64,000 nucleotides of DNA, taken from assembly GCA_030390025.1 (NCBI GenBank), contig CM059432.1:128404001-128468000 (forward strand), in the 5' to 3' direction. The notes beneath the pieces were generated by a model. It was given only the letters and a program-made list of their open reading frames with translations. It was not told the DNA's origin and did not search any database. Made by a program: the position numbers and the translations under genes. Below are positions 39,234 through 50,582 of this stretch, one piece after another (position 1 is the stretch's first letter; the number at the start of each line of letters is the position of its first letter). This DNA is from Squalus acanthias (lineage: Eukaryota).

Positions 39234-42200
39234 GGGCTTGATTTTTAATAGCCCTTTGGAGGCGGGTCTGTAGCGAAAATCAGAAAAAATGGCTTCAGAC
39301 ATGCAACCCGCCTCCATCTCGCCCCCACCCGATTTTCGTGAGTGTCTGTTCAGCTGCTCCCAAACTGACCCAACTGAACCGGTGGGACAGGTAGTTAAGA
39401 GCCTGTTAACTGCCTTGCTAATCCTATTTTGATAGTGGTTTCCCATTTTCGTGCTTCTGGCTCCTGTTTCTCATCTTGTCAGAAACGGGCCAGCTTCAAG
39501 GAGACGAGTTGCTGGAGGACATGATTTGTATTAATTGGTGGAGCACTTTAAAAGCGCCCCTGAAACATGGCTGACATTCAAATGCAACAACTTTGCTGTT
39601 GTAGGTATGGGATAAGATTTTGCACATCTACTGACCTTCTGACTGTTCAAGCTGACACCCATCTGTGTGACCTGAATGGAATAATTTCAAGCCACTTGCA
39701 AGCTTGTTGCCTCAAATGAAATCTATAGCAAGGGGATGGGAAAAATTTATGCCCTCATAATCGGAGGAACAGCAGCCACGTGGCTCAGCACAGATCTTCC
39801 TGGGAAGAGGAGGAGGAGGGGTGCCTTGCGTGCCCTTTTGTGACAAATGCAGCATCCCTCCAGTTCACTACTGCCCGTCAAGCAGGGTATGCACACTGCC
39901 ATGCCACATTCGCATAAGCTTACTCTTCAACCATAGGTGGCTACCATAATGCTCTAATTGTAGGCGACATTTGTCCAACGTCATACATCATCTCTGCTGT
40001 ACCCGATTATTTCCTATCACTTTCACCATCAGCATTACAAAAGTAAGTCGCCCTGAGCCCTCAATGCGCATTTGCCATTTCCCAGAACACACAGGCCACA
40101 CAATCAACTGTTTGCCATAATTTTTCTTTACCACATGACAAAAGGATCACAAACCAAGGTCAGAAAAAAAAGACAAAACACCCATGTGAGTCCCCTTGTG
40201 ACTATATGTGCTTAATCTTTCTCTTGCGCGTGCTTCTACGTGGTGCTACCCCTGTGGCTTCAGCAGATGTAGAGGCACCCTGCTGACTAGGATGCTGCGC
40301 CTGCTTACATACCTTTGGCGGGCGTCCTCTGGGTTTGGGAGCCTGGGAGGGCTCGTCAACAGTCTGCTCTTCCTGCGGCTGTGCAGGGCCTGAAACGGCC
40401 ATCTCAGTTGGCTCTGCAAAGTGGGTCTCTGACCGAGGGCTCCACAGTGGCATGGTCGTGTGAGCGCTTGGAGAGGAACCCACACTTCCTTGTGTCCTGC
40501 CAACAACATCCCTCTTGGGTCAGCCACACCTCAGTGCTGGCAAGTGGCTGGAGAGCACCTTGCTGCACATCAGGGGGGCCATGAGGACCCGTATCTGCAC
40601 TGGCCCTCATCACAAGGACGTCCATGATAAATTGGGGAGCTTCATTAAAAGGCATGACGGTGAATAGGCAATGGCTAACATTTAAGGAACGAATGCATGA
40701 ATTGCAACAGTTATACATTCCTTTCTGGTGCAAAAACACAAAATGAAAAGCGGCCCAACTATGGCTAACAAAAGATATTAAGGATAGTATTAGATCCAAA
40801 GAGGAGTCCTATAAAGTTGCCAGAAAAAGTAGCAAGCCTGAGGATTGGGCGCAGTTTAGAGTTCAGCAAAAAAGGACCAAGAGATTGATTAAGGGGGGAA
40901 AAATAGAGTATGAGAGGGAACATAAAAGCGGACTATAAAAGCTTCTACAAGTATGTAAAAAGAAAAAGATTAGTGAAGACAAATGTAGGTTCCTTACAGT
41001 CAGAAACGGGAGAATTTATTATGGGGAACAAGGAAATGGCAGAGCAATTAAACAAATACTTTGGTTCTGTCTTCACGGAAGAGGACACAAATAACTTCCC
41101 AGAAATGCTAGGGAACCAAGGGTCTAGTGAGAAGGAGGAATTAAAGGAAATTAGTATTAGTAAAAAAATAGTGCTGGAGAAATTAATGGGACTGAAAGCC
41201 AATAAATCCCCAGGGCCTGATAATCTGCATCCCAAAGTACTAAAAGAGGTAGCCATGGAAATAGTGGATGCATTGGTTGTCATCTTCCAAAATTCTGTAG
41301 ATTATGGAACAGTTCCTGCAGATTGGAGGGTGGCAAATGTAACCCTACTATTTAAAAAAGGAGGGAGAGAGAAAACAGGGAACTGCAGATCGGTTAGCCT
41401 AACATCAGTAGTAGGGAAAATGCTAGAGTCTATTATAAAGGATGTGATAACAGGACACTTAGAAAATATCAACGGGATTAGACAAAGTCAACATGGATTT
41501 ATGAAAGGGAAATCGTGTTTGACAAACCTACTGGAGTTTTTTGAGGATGTAACTGATAGAATAGATAAGGGAGAACCAGTGGATGTGGTGTATTTGGATT
41601 TTCAGAAGGCCTTTGATAAAGTCCCACATAAGAGGTTAGTGTGCAAAATTAAAGCACATGGGATTGGGGGTAATATACTGGCATGGATCGAAAATTGGTT
41701 AACAGACAGGAAATAGAGAGTAGGAATAAATGGGTCTTTTTTGGGGTGGTAGGCGGTGACTAGTGGGGTACTGCAGGGATCAGTGCTTGGGCCCCAGCTA
41801 TTCACAATATATATCAATGATTTGGATGAGGGAACCAAATGTAATATTTCCAAGTTTGCTGACAACACGAAACTAGGTGGGATTGTGAGCTGTGAGGAGG
41901 ATGCAAAGAGGCTTCAAGGCGATTTAGACAAGTTGAGTGAGAGGGCAAATACATGGGAGATGCAATATAACGTGGATAAATGTGAAGTTATCCACTTCGG
42001 TAGGAAAAACAGAAAGGCAGAGTATTATTTAAATGGTGATAGATTGGGAAATGTTGATGTACAAAGGGATCTGGGTGTCCTTGCACACCAGTCACTGAAA
42101 GCAAACATGTAGGTGCAGTAAGCAGTTAGGAAGGCAAATGGTATGTTGGCCTTCATTGCAAGAGGATTTGAATACAGGAGCAAGGATGTCTTCCTACAGT

Positions 42201-42717
42201 TATACAGGGCCTTGGTGAGACCACACCTGGAATATTGTGTGCAACTTTGGTCTCCTTACCTAAGAAAGGATATACTTGCCATAGAGGTAGTGCAGCGAAG
42301 GTTCACCAGACTGATTCCTGGGATGGCAGGACTGTCATACGAGGAGAGATTGGGTCGACTAGGCCTGTATTCACTAGATTTTAGAAGAATGAGAGGGGAT
42401 CTCATTGAAACGTATAAAATTCTGACAGGGCTAGACAGACTGGATGCAGGGAGGATGTTTCCCCTGGCTGGGGGGGTCTAGAACGAGGGTTCACAGTCTC
42501 AGGATACGGGGTAGGACATTTAGGACTGAGATGAGGAGAAATTTCTTCACTCAGAGGGTGGTGAACCTGTGGAATTCTCTACCACAGAAGGCTATGGAGG
42601 CCAAGTCACTGAACATATTTAAGAAGGAGATAGATAGATTTCTAGACACAAAAGGCATCAAGGGGTATGGGGAGGGAGCGGGAATATGGTATTGAGATAG
42701 AGCATCAGACATGATAT

Positions 42718-44729
42718 TAAGAACATAAGAACATAAGAAATAGGAGCAGGAGTAGGCCAATCGGCCCCTCGAGCCTGCTCCGCCATTCAATAAGATCATG
42801 GCTGATCTGATCCTAACCGCCAATCTACTATCTATCACAGAACCATCTCCTGCATCTAACAGAATTGCACACACGAAATAGGAGCAGAATCAGGCTACAC
42901 AGTCCCTGGGCCCGCTCCACTACCCACAGGGCCATGACCGATCCGAACCTAGACTCATGTCCAAATTCCTGCCCGCTCCCCGTAACCCTTAATGCCCTTT
43001 ACTTCTAGGAAACTGTCTATTTCTGTTTTAAATTTAATTAATGTTGTAGCTTCTACAGCTTTTTGTGGCAGCATATTCCATGGACCTACCACCCTCTGAG
43101 TGAAGTAGTTCCTCCTCATCTCAGTTTTGAAAGAGCAGCCCCTTATTCTAAGACTATGTCCCCTAGTTCTCGTCTCACCCGTCATCGGGAACATCCTCCC
43201 CGCATCCACCCGATCCAACCCCTTCACAATCTTATATGTTTCAATAAGATCGCCTCTCATTCTTCTGAACTCCAATGAGTAGAGTCCCAATCTACCCAAC
43301 CTCTCCTCATATGACCACCCCCTCATCCCCGGGATTAACCGAGTGAACCTTTTTTGCACTGCCTCGAGAGCAAGGATGTCTTTCCTTAAGTAAGGACACC
43401 AAAACTGTATGCAGTATTCCAGGTGCGGTCTCACCAATACCTTGTACAACTGAAGCAATACCTCCCTATTTTTATATTCTATCCCCCTAGCAATGAAAGC
43501 CAACATTCCATTTGCCTTCTTAATCACTTGCTGCACCTGCATACTAACCTTTAGAGTGTCGTGCACCAGGACCCCCAGATCCCTTTGCACTTCAGTACTC
43601 TCCAGTTTCTTGCCATTAAGATAATAAATTGCTCTAGGATTTTTCCTGCCAAAGTGCATCACCTCACACTTTCCAGTGTTGTATTCCATCTGCCAAATCT
43701 CTGCCCACTTACTTAGCCTGTCTATGTCCCCTTGCAGGTTTTTTATGTCCTCCTCACTCACTACTTTCCCTCCTATCTTAGTATCATCTGCAAATTTTGA
43801 TATGTTACACTTGGTCCCCTCCTCCAAATCGTTAATATAGATTGTAAAGAGTTGGGGACCCAGCACTGACCCCTGTGGAACACCACTAGTTACTGATTGC
43901 CAGTCTGAGAATGAACCATTTATCCCAACTCTTTGCTTTCTGTTAGATAGCCAATCCTCTATCCATGCCAGAATATTACCCCCAATCCCGTGATTTTTTA
44001 CCTTAAGCAATAATCTTTTGTGTGGCACCTTGTCAAATGCCTTTTGGAAGTCTAAATACACTACGTCCACTGGTTCCCCTTTATCCACTCTATATGTTAC
44101 TTCCTCAAAGAACTCCAGCAAATTTGTCAAACATGACTTCCCCTTCGTAAAACCATGCTGACTTTGTCCTATTAAATTATGATTATCCAAATGTCCTGTT
44201 ACTGTTTCCTTAATAATGGACTCCAAAATTTTACCTACCACAGATGTTAGGCTAACCGGTCTATAGTTACCAGCCTTCTGTCTACTGCCCTTTTTAAATA
44301 AGGGTGTTACATTAGCAGTTTTCCAGTCTGCCGGGACCTTAGCGGAATCCAGGGAGTTTTGAAAAATTATTACCAATGCATCTACAATCCCTACCGCCAC
44401 TTCCTTCAAGACTCTAGGATGTAAGCCATCAGGTCCAGGTGATTTATCCGCCTTGAGTCCCATTATTTTACCGAGTACCACTTCCTTAGTGATTTTGATC
44501 GTGTTCAGCTCCTCTCCCGCTATAGCCCCCTGTTTGTCCAGTGTTGGGATATTCTTAGTGTCCTCAACTGTAAAGACTGATACAAAATATTCATTCAGTG
44601 TTTTTGCCATCTCCATATTTCCCACCATTAATTTCCCGGTCTCATCCTCTAAGGGACCAACATTTACTTTAGCCACCCTTTTTCTTTTTATATAACTATA
44701 AAAACTCTTACTATCTGTTTTTATATTTT
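42718..44729 (-). mobile_element. CR1-D, young 5'-truncated LINE (same subfamily as the 30667 element)
   Basis: Uninterrupted 573-aa ORF; doubled 3' module at 42718-42955. Confidence 0.95.
42955..44676 (-). CDS. CR1 ORF2 RT domain and C-terminus, open but lacking the endonuclease
   Basis: NYRPVSLTS, LDFQKAFDKV, GVPQGSVLGP, FADDTK with no stops. Confidence 0.85.
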   Translation of the reverse strand: MAKVNVGPLEDETGKLMVGNMEMAKTLNEYFVSVFTVEDTKNIPTLDKQGAIAGEELNTIKITKEVVLGKIMGLKADKSPGPDGLHPRVLKEVAVGIVDALVIIFQNSLDSAKVPADWKTANVTPLFKKGSRQKAGNYRPVSLTSVVGKILESIIKETVTGHLDNHNLIGQSQHGFTKGKSCLTNLLEFFEEVTYRVDKGEPVDVVYLDFQKAFDKVPHKRLLLKVKNHGIGGNILAWIEDWLSNRKQRVGINGSFSDWQSVTSGVPQGSVLGPQLFTIYINDLEEGTKCNISKFADDTKIGGKVVSEEDIKNLQGDIDRLSKWAEIWQMEYNTGKCEVMHFGRKNPRAIYYLNGKKLESTEVQRDLGVLVHDTLKVSMQVQQVIKKANGMLAFIARGIEYKNREVLLQLYKVLVRPHLEYCIQFWCPYLRKDILALEAVQKRFTRLIPGMRGWSYEERLGRLGLYSLEFRRMRGDLIETYKIVKGLDRVDAGRMFPMTGETRTRGHSLRIRGCSFKTEMRRNYFTQRVVGPWNMLPQKAVEATTLIKFKTEIDSFLEVKGIKGYGERAGIWT

Positions 44730-46227
44730 TTGAATGGCGGAGCAGGCTCGAAGGGCCGAATGCCCTACTCCTGCTCCTATTTTTCTATGTTTCTATGAAG
44801 CTCTGGTCTCTCTGCTCAATAGCTGCCCATCTCTCCTCCAGAGATGACGATCTATTTTGAAATGTCACCATGTTTTCCTGACTCTGGTGACTTATTTCCT
44901 CCATGGCTGTAGCCAGCCTTTCCACGGAGGTTGCCATCCTATCCATGGTGGTGCGTTCATGCGCCATTGCCTCCACCACGGCAGTGCTGATGTTAGAGAT
45001 GGAGTCCTCCATTCTATCCCCACTTGCACTAACCCTGGAGGCAAACCCTTCCAGAGACTCCTGCACTTGTTCCTGTATTTCCCGAACCGCTCTTTTTCTG
45101 GATGGCCCCAGAGGCACAGCGTCTGCATGCAGCTCAGCAGAGCTTGGAGCATCCTGCGACCTCCGCCGAGGACTCTCTACTGCCGTCGCTGTCTCCACCA
45201 TCTGCTGATGCTCACTAGTGCGCTGTGATAGACCAGGTGGTAACACTACTCTAACTCGCGAGGGCCCCACCAAGTTGTGCGTTGCTGCGCTGGTGCTGGG
45301 TGCGCTGAGTCCTGATGACGCTGCTCCCTCCGAGCCTTCAGGTTCCTCTGAGGAGTCGTCTGGCTCTTCGTCCTGGATCGTGGAGAGGGAGGTGCTTGAT
45401 GGTCCTGTGGGAGAGTAAAGGCATGATTTAGACATCTGATATTGCTGTAGCAGACACATCCTTTTGTGCAGATGATACAACGCGATTCTCTATGAACATC
45501 ATATGCCATTGCAGTCAACCACTAAATGTCAAAGAGAGGGATGAAACTCTATTATGTCACCAGCTTCCTCTAGTGTGCCCGTCTCTCCATCGCCCACTTC
45601 CATTTCCTTGCCACCTCCAACAATTTTGTGTGCAGCCTCCTCGGCACTTGTCAAGGTTGCAAGGGTTGGTGTATCTCCTCCAGTCAGTGCTCTCTCCCTC
45701 TTATTGTAGGCTATCTTTTCCTGCAAGGAGGGACACAAGCGGAGTTTCAACCACAGTGATGGAGTGACTGTGAAGAATCCCTACCATAGAAGCTTTGAAG
45801 GAGACGAAGATGGAGTGAGGTGCCAAGAGGAAGCTAGCTCGCTGTGCGTTGTTAGTTGTCACTGCATAACAGTGAGCGCGAGTCTAAGGGGTGCATAGGC
45901 AGGATGCTGAAATGATTTAGTATAGAGACAGAGATGGATAGGTAAGGGTGCAAGGGAAGTAAGGGTAAGGTGGTATGTGGAGGAGCAGGCTTACAATGCA
46001 GAGTGCTGGTGATGAGAAGGGAAGCAGATTGAAGGTAAGTGTGATGGGATATTCACTTTTGATCGCACAAGATCACTAAACCGTTTCCTGCACTGGATCC
46101 AGGAGCGTGAACAAATGGACCTTGCGCTCACTTCCTGAGCAATGCGCAGCCAGGCTGCCTTCGTCTGCTGAGGAGGCTCCGTCTGGCCACCCGGAGGGTA
46201 GAGAATCTCCCTGCACCGTCTTACAGC

Positions 46228-46306
46228 CTGAAGAAGGCGCAGCGCTCCGAAAGCTCGTAATTTTAAATAAAACTGTTGGACTATAACCTGGTGTTGTGCG
46301 ACTTCT
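46228..46306 (+). ncRNA. 79-bp Penelope-type fragment carrying a second-family minimal hammerhead
   Basis: CTGAAGA-aggcgc agc gctcc-GAAAGCTC; CAGC duplicated at 46224-46227 and 46307-46310; removing it restores the Myb frame. Confidence 0.7.
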
Positions 46307-49300
46307 CAGCATCGACAAGAGCATGAAGGGACTCATCATTAAATCGAGGAGCTGCCTTACCTCTGGAAGAAGTCATTGTGGTTGGAGCAATATCACTGAC
46401 TATCAGAATGCAGAAGAGAAAGGCTTAGGCTGAATGGGAGCTTTAAAACTAGCTGCTATGATGACGTCATCAGAGGCGGCCAGCCAACCCGATCGCACTC
46501 ATTGGACCGGCCAGCGCGCCCCATTGAAATCAACAAGCTCATTTAATTAAAATTGGACATCAACAGCTGATCCTGTCGGAAGCGGCTCTGGAACCCGCCC
46601 ACCACGCAATCCGACTCCAACCCGCCTCGGGAATAAAAATCGAGCCCAAAGTATTTGTTTAATTTCTTTGCCATTTCCTTATTCCCCATTATAATTTCTC
46701 CTGTCTCAGCCTGTAAGGGACCCACATTTACTTTTGCTAATCTTTTCCTTTTTACAGAAGCTTTTACAGCCTGTTTTTATGTCTCTCTCTCGTTTACTCT
46801 CTCCTGGTTTAATCACTTTACGACTTTGTTTCCCTATACATGTAATGCCTAAAGCACAATTTCTGATTGTTACTCTACTCCCATCCCTTTCTTTTGTTTT
46901 TGAACTACTACAGTTTTGGACCCAGCCGTTCTTGAGCTTGAAAGGGAAAAGTGAGCCAATGTACCTGCTTCTGATCTCTATCTGGTGCTCTCTGTTGGGA
47001 GTAGGTATGGACAGAATCAGGCTAGGCTGTGATGTGGGTGAATAGTTTGCTTTCCAACCTCTTCTGTGGGACGATATCCCAACAAGGAGCCAATGCCTTC
47101 AGGAGGCAGGAGAGAAAATTGAAGGGGGGGAATCCTATTTAAAGTGTGTTTATTTATAATGTAAGGCTTCTCCATTACTTTAGTTTCACCCCATCCCTGC
47201 CCTCCCCCCTGATTTTTCACCATTTTGAGTGAAATCCATTGTCTGCATCAAGCTATACCAGGCCAGGTACAGCTAGGGTTGCATGCAGAGTAAAGTTCAC
47301 TTTTCACTGACTTAACAATGCCAATCTTAACATTTTAAAAAGAAATAGTAGTGCATGTCAGTGGGAGTTTTCAACTTTTGCTTACTGTTTACACTTTTTT
47401 TTGGCCCATTCACGAGACACCTGCAGTACTGAAAATCCTTTTATTCCTGTACCTCGTATAATTTTGCATTTCTCTCTTTTAAAAATTACACTATTTTCAT
47501 TCACGTAATTTTTTATGATCAGTCTTAATGTGGAAAACAGCAGTTTTCATGTAAGCCTCAACAGTGGGAACATTTTCAGCTGTTCATTTTTTTTTAGTAA
47601 AATGCTGAAATACAGTGGGAAGCATTGAGAGAGCTGCACTAATGCCACACACCAGCTTAGTGAAGGCAACCTATGGGAAGGACCCTTTTTCTTCATCCTG
47701 ATAGCAGCTGGGTTTGGATTTGGCTTCTCAGCCTATAAGTAGCGTCAGTGAACAAAAACTGAAAGCTCTTTTATATTCTGCTGGACAATGTATCCAGTTT
47801 CAGCAAAGCAACATTTGTGTGTAATTCCTTTTAACATTCATACTGGGGATCTGGTCTTGCTATGTGTACTTCACTCTGCTTCTCTTCAAAGGCTCACTAC
47901 AACATTGTGTACAACCAATGTTGTGTCCTCTTTCCGTTTCCGCCTTTTCAGTTCCTCCGTTCAATTTTCACTCTGCAATGCCAATCACTGTGCCATCCGT
48001 GTTCTATGCAGTCTCTTCAATTTTCTTTATGGGACCCCACAGAGGACAAATGCACAGGACTGACTCACTTGCTTTACATTTTTAAAACAGGCCTTTTCAC
48101 TTTGCTCACGGTCTTACCTCTGTGGTTCTGGTAGTGTGTAGATCTGGATTGTAGAATTCAATCTTGCCCATTGATGACTCATAATGCAACCTAATCAAGG
48201 TGTTTTACATGAGGGTGCATTTAAACTGCAGCTAAATACACTGGTAGCTGTAGTTTGAGTTCCAACCAGGCAGGACCCTGTTTACATTGCTTAGCTCCTT
48301 CCTGGCTGGAACTTGAACAGTCTTGTTTAATGGAGCGCTCTCTACATGCCTGGCTGAATACGTGTGTGTGTGTGCAGAGCTGCCTCCCAAATGTTAGACA
48401 CTTAAGAGAATTGAGTGTGGGTGGGGGAGAATCTCTGCTCTATAAGTATTTGTATTAAGGTCAGGTATGTTCAGAGTGTTCAGGGGTCTATTTAAATCCG
48501 TGTGAGTGGGTGCTGATGGCTTCAGCGCTAGTATTGCTTTGTTAATCAGCCAGCAGAAACTAGTTTCCGTGGAACAAACTCAATGTTTCCTGTCTGAGCA
48601 GCAGCTGCTTTGTAATCTAGCCCAAACCGTTGAAGTCTTTTACACATATTGGTTGTCATGTCAAAATGTTGCTGTGTTTTTCCCTCTCTGTATATGTGCA
48701 TATGATCTCAGAGGTGTGGTTTGAATATAGCAATTGATATTTTAGTCGCTCTTCTGAAGTGCATTAAGAGAATCTGCTAGCTTTATTTTGAGCCCTGCTT
48801 CAGACGTGTGAAATGAAAATGGTTCAGGCAATGACTGTCTCTCCTGAACTTGTGTTCATAAATATAATTCAAATCTTGAAACTTTGAATTTCATTAAACC
48901 GGACTTTTAATCAGCTTATTATTTTCCGCAAACTAAAGATGGAATTGCACACCTGTTTCCCCACCAGAGCTGACATTTTGCATGTGGATGGGCTGAGTAG
49001 AATGCAAGTGTGCATTTTTGCTCTTCGCAGTCACATTGATGGATGCAGTAGACTCACTATGATAATCACTCCAGTTGGAATATAACAAATGCTTGGAAAT
49101 GAGGGGGTGGGGGTGGGGGTGGGGGAAGTGGGGGGAGGGGTGAATAAAGATAGTCCTGCAAGCAGATCAGTCACCTTGATAGAAATGTTGAGCACTTCTG
49201 TTCGAACAAAATGAATGGATTGAGACTTGTAATTGGGATTTCAACATTCATAACTGTTTTTTGTATAGGGATAAGTACTTAAGGTGGGGGGTGGGGTGGG

Positions 49301-49587
49301 GGGATGTTTACCCCCACTCCCCAGACTAATTTTCTCTCTTAACGACCTGTCAAGAGTTGTTGAAGTGAGTGCCTGTGGTACATTGAGGATAAATAACTTT
49401 TAATCACTTTTATAAGCAAAATAACTTAACATGCCATAGCCGTTGGATAGCTGATCGCACTCGGATACTGAATTTAAAAAGCCCTTTGTCTTTCCTTTTT
49501 TGAGTAAGCCTATTACTGTATTCAAGGTAACAACAGAAAACGCTGGAAACACTCAGCAGGCCAGGCAACATCCGTGGAGAGAGAAAG

Positions 49588-49624
49588 AGTTAACGTTTCA
49601 GGTCTAGGACCCTTCATCAGAACT
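49588..49624 (-). ncRNA. Minimal hammerhead ribozyme
   Basis: agtt-CTGATGA-agggtc cta gacct-GAAACGTT-aact, intact. Confidence 0.8.
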
Positions 49625-50582
49625 GGAAAAAGCTGGAGATGTAACAGATATTAAGCAGGTGCAGAGACAGGAAGGGAGGGGTGGGAGGGGAGGAAGGAAT
49701 TGAAGGAACATACTGTGCTTCCCTGGACAGTGGGAAGGGAGGAGGTAAAAGGGCAGGTGTTGCATCTCCTGCGCTTGCATGGGAAGGTGCTGGGCGAAGG
49801 GGAAGGGCTGTTAGGGGTGATTGAGGAGTGGACCAAGGTGTCGTGGAGGGAGCGGTCCCTTCGGAATGCTGAAAGGGGAGGTGAGGGGAAGATGCGTTTG
49901 GTGGTGGGATCACGTTGGAGGTGACGGAAATGGCGGAGGATGATCCGTTGAATGTGGAGGCTGGTGGGGTGAAAGGTGAGGACAAGGGGAACCCTATCGT
50001 GGTTCTGGGAGGGAGGGGAAGGGTGAGAGCAGAAGTGCGGGAAATGGAATGGACACGGTCAAGGGCCGTGTCAACCACAGTAGAGGGGAGTCCTCGGTTG
50101 AGGAAAAAGGAAGACATGTCGGAAGCACTAGTATGGAAGGTGGCATCGCCTCCTCCCTTCCCACTGTCCATGGCCCCAAACACCCCTTCCAGGTGAAACA
50201 GCGATTTACTTGTACTTCTTGCAGTTTAGTATACTGTATTCGCTTCTCACGATGTGGTCTCCTCTACATTGGGGAGACCAAGTGCAGATTGGGCGACCTA
50301 TTTGCGGAACATCTCCGTTCAGTCCGTAAGGATGACCCTGAGCTTCCGGTCGCCTGTCACTTTTTTTAATTCTCCGCTTCACTCCCACTCTGATTTCTCT
50401 GTCCTCAGCCTCTTACATTGTTCCAATGAAGCTCAACGTAAGCTCGAGGAACAGCACCTCATCTTTCGATTAGGCACTTTACAGCCTTCTGGACTCAACA
50501 TTGAGTTCAACAATTTCAAACTATAACCCCTGCCCCCATTTTTCATGCTGTATGATTTTGCCATTCCCATTTGCAACATTTT

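Larger units (their letters stand above)
40628..44794 (+). mobile_element. CR1-C LINE (5'-truncated) inserted in the Myb gene; 3'UTR split by CR1-D
   Basis: ORFs 40910-41716, 41756-42112, 42143-42481; ATGA duplicated at 40624-40627 and 44795-44798; tail resumes at 44731. Confidence 0.9.
40202..46376 (-). pseudogene. Harbinger Myb/SANT-like DNA-binding protein gene (3 coding exons, disrupted)
   Basis: Exon 46376-46057 with the Penelope insert removed: MTSSRGKAAPRFNDESLHALVDAVRRCREILYP..KAAWLRIAQEVSARSICSRSWIQCRKRFSDLVRSK; exon 45720-45561 EKIAYNKRERALTGG; exon 45404-44795 joined to 40623-40202, ending PRRSTRKRKIKHI after one frameshift; GT-AG phases compatible. Confidence 0.88.
39234..46647. 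mobile_element. PIF/Harbinger transposon (Myb gene retained, no recognisable transposase), containing nested CR1s
   Basis: TIR gggcttgatttttaat vs reverse complement gggctcgatttttatt (14/16); 3-bp flanks ATA/AAA; host CR1 contiguous on both sides. Confidence 0.88.

Noticed and set aside
46355..46363. GAG|GTAAGG donor of a Myb non-coding exon
   Set aside because: It lies inside the coding frame (SRGKAAPRF) once the insert is removed
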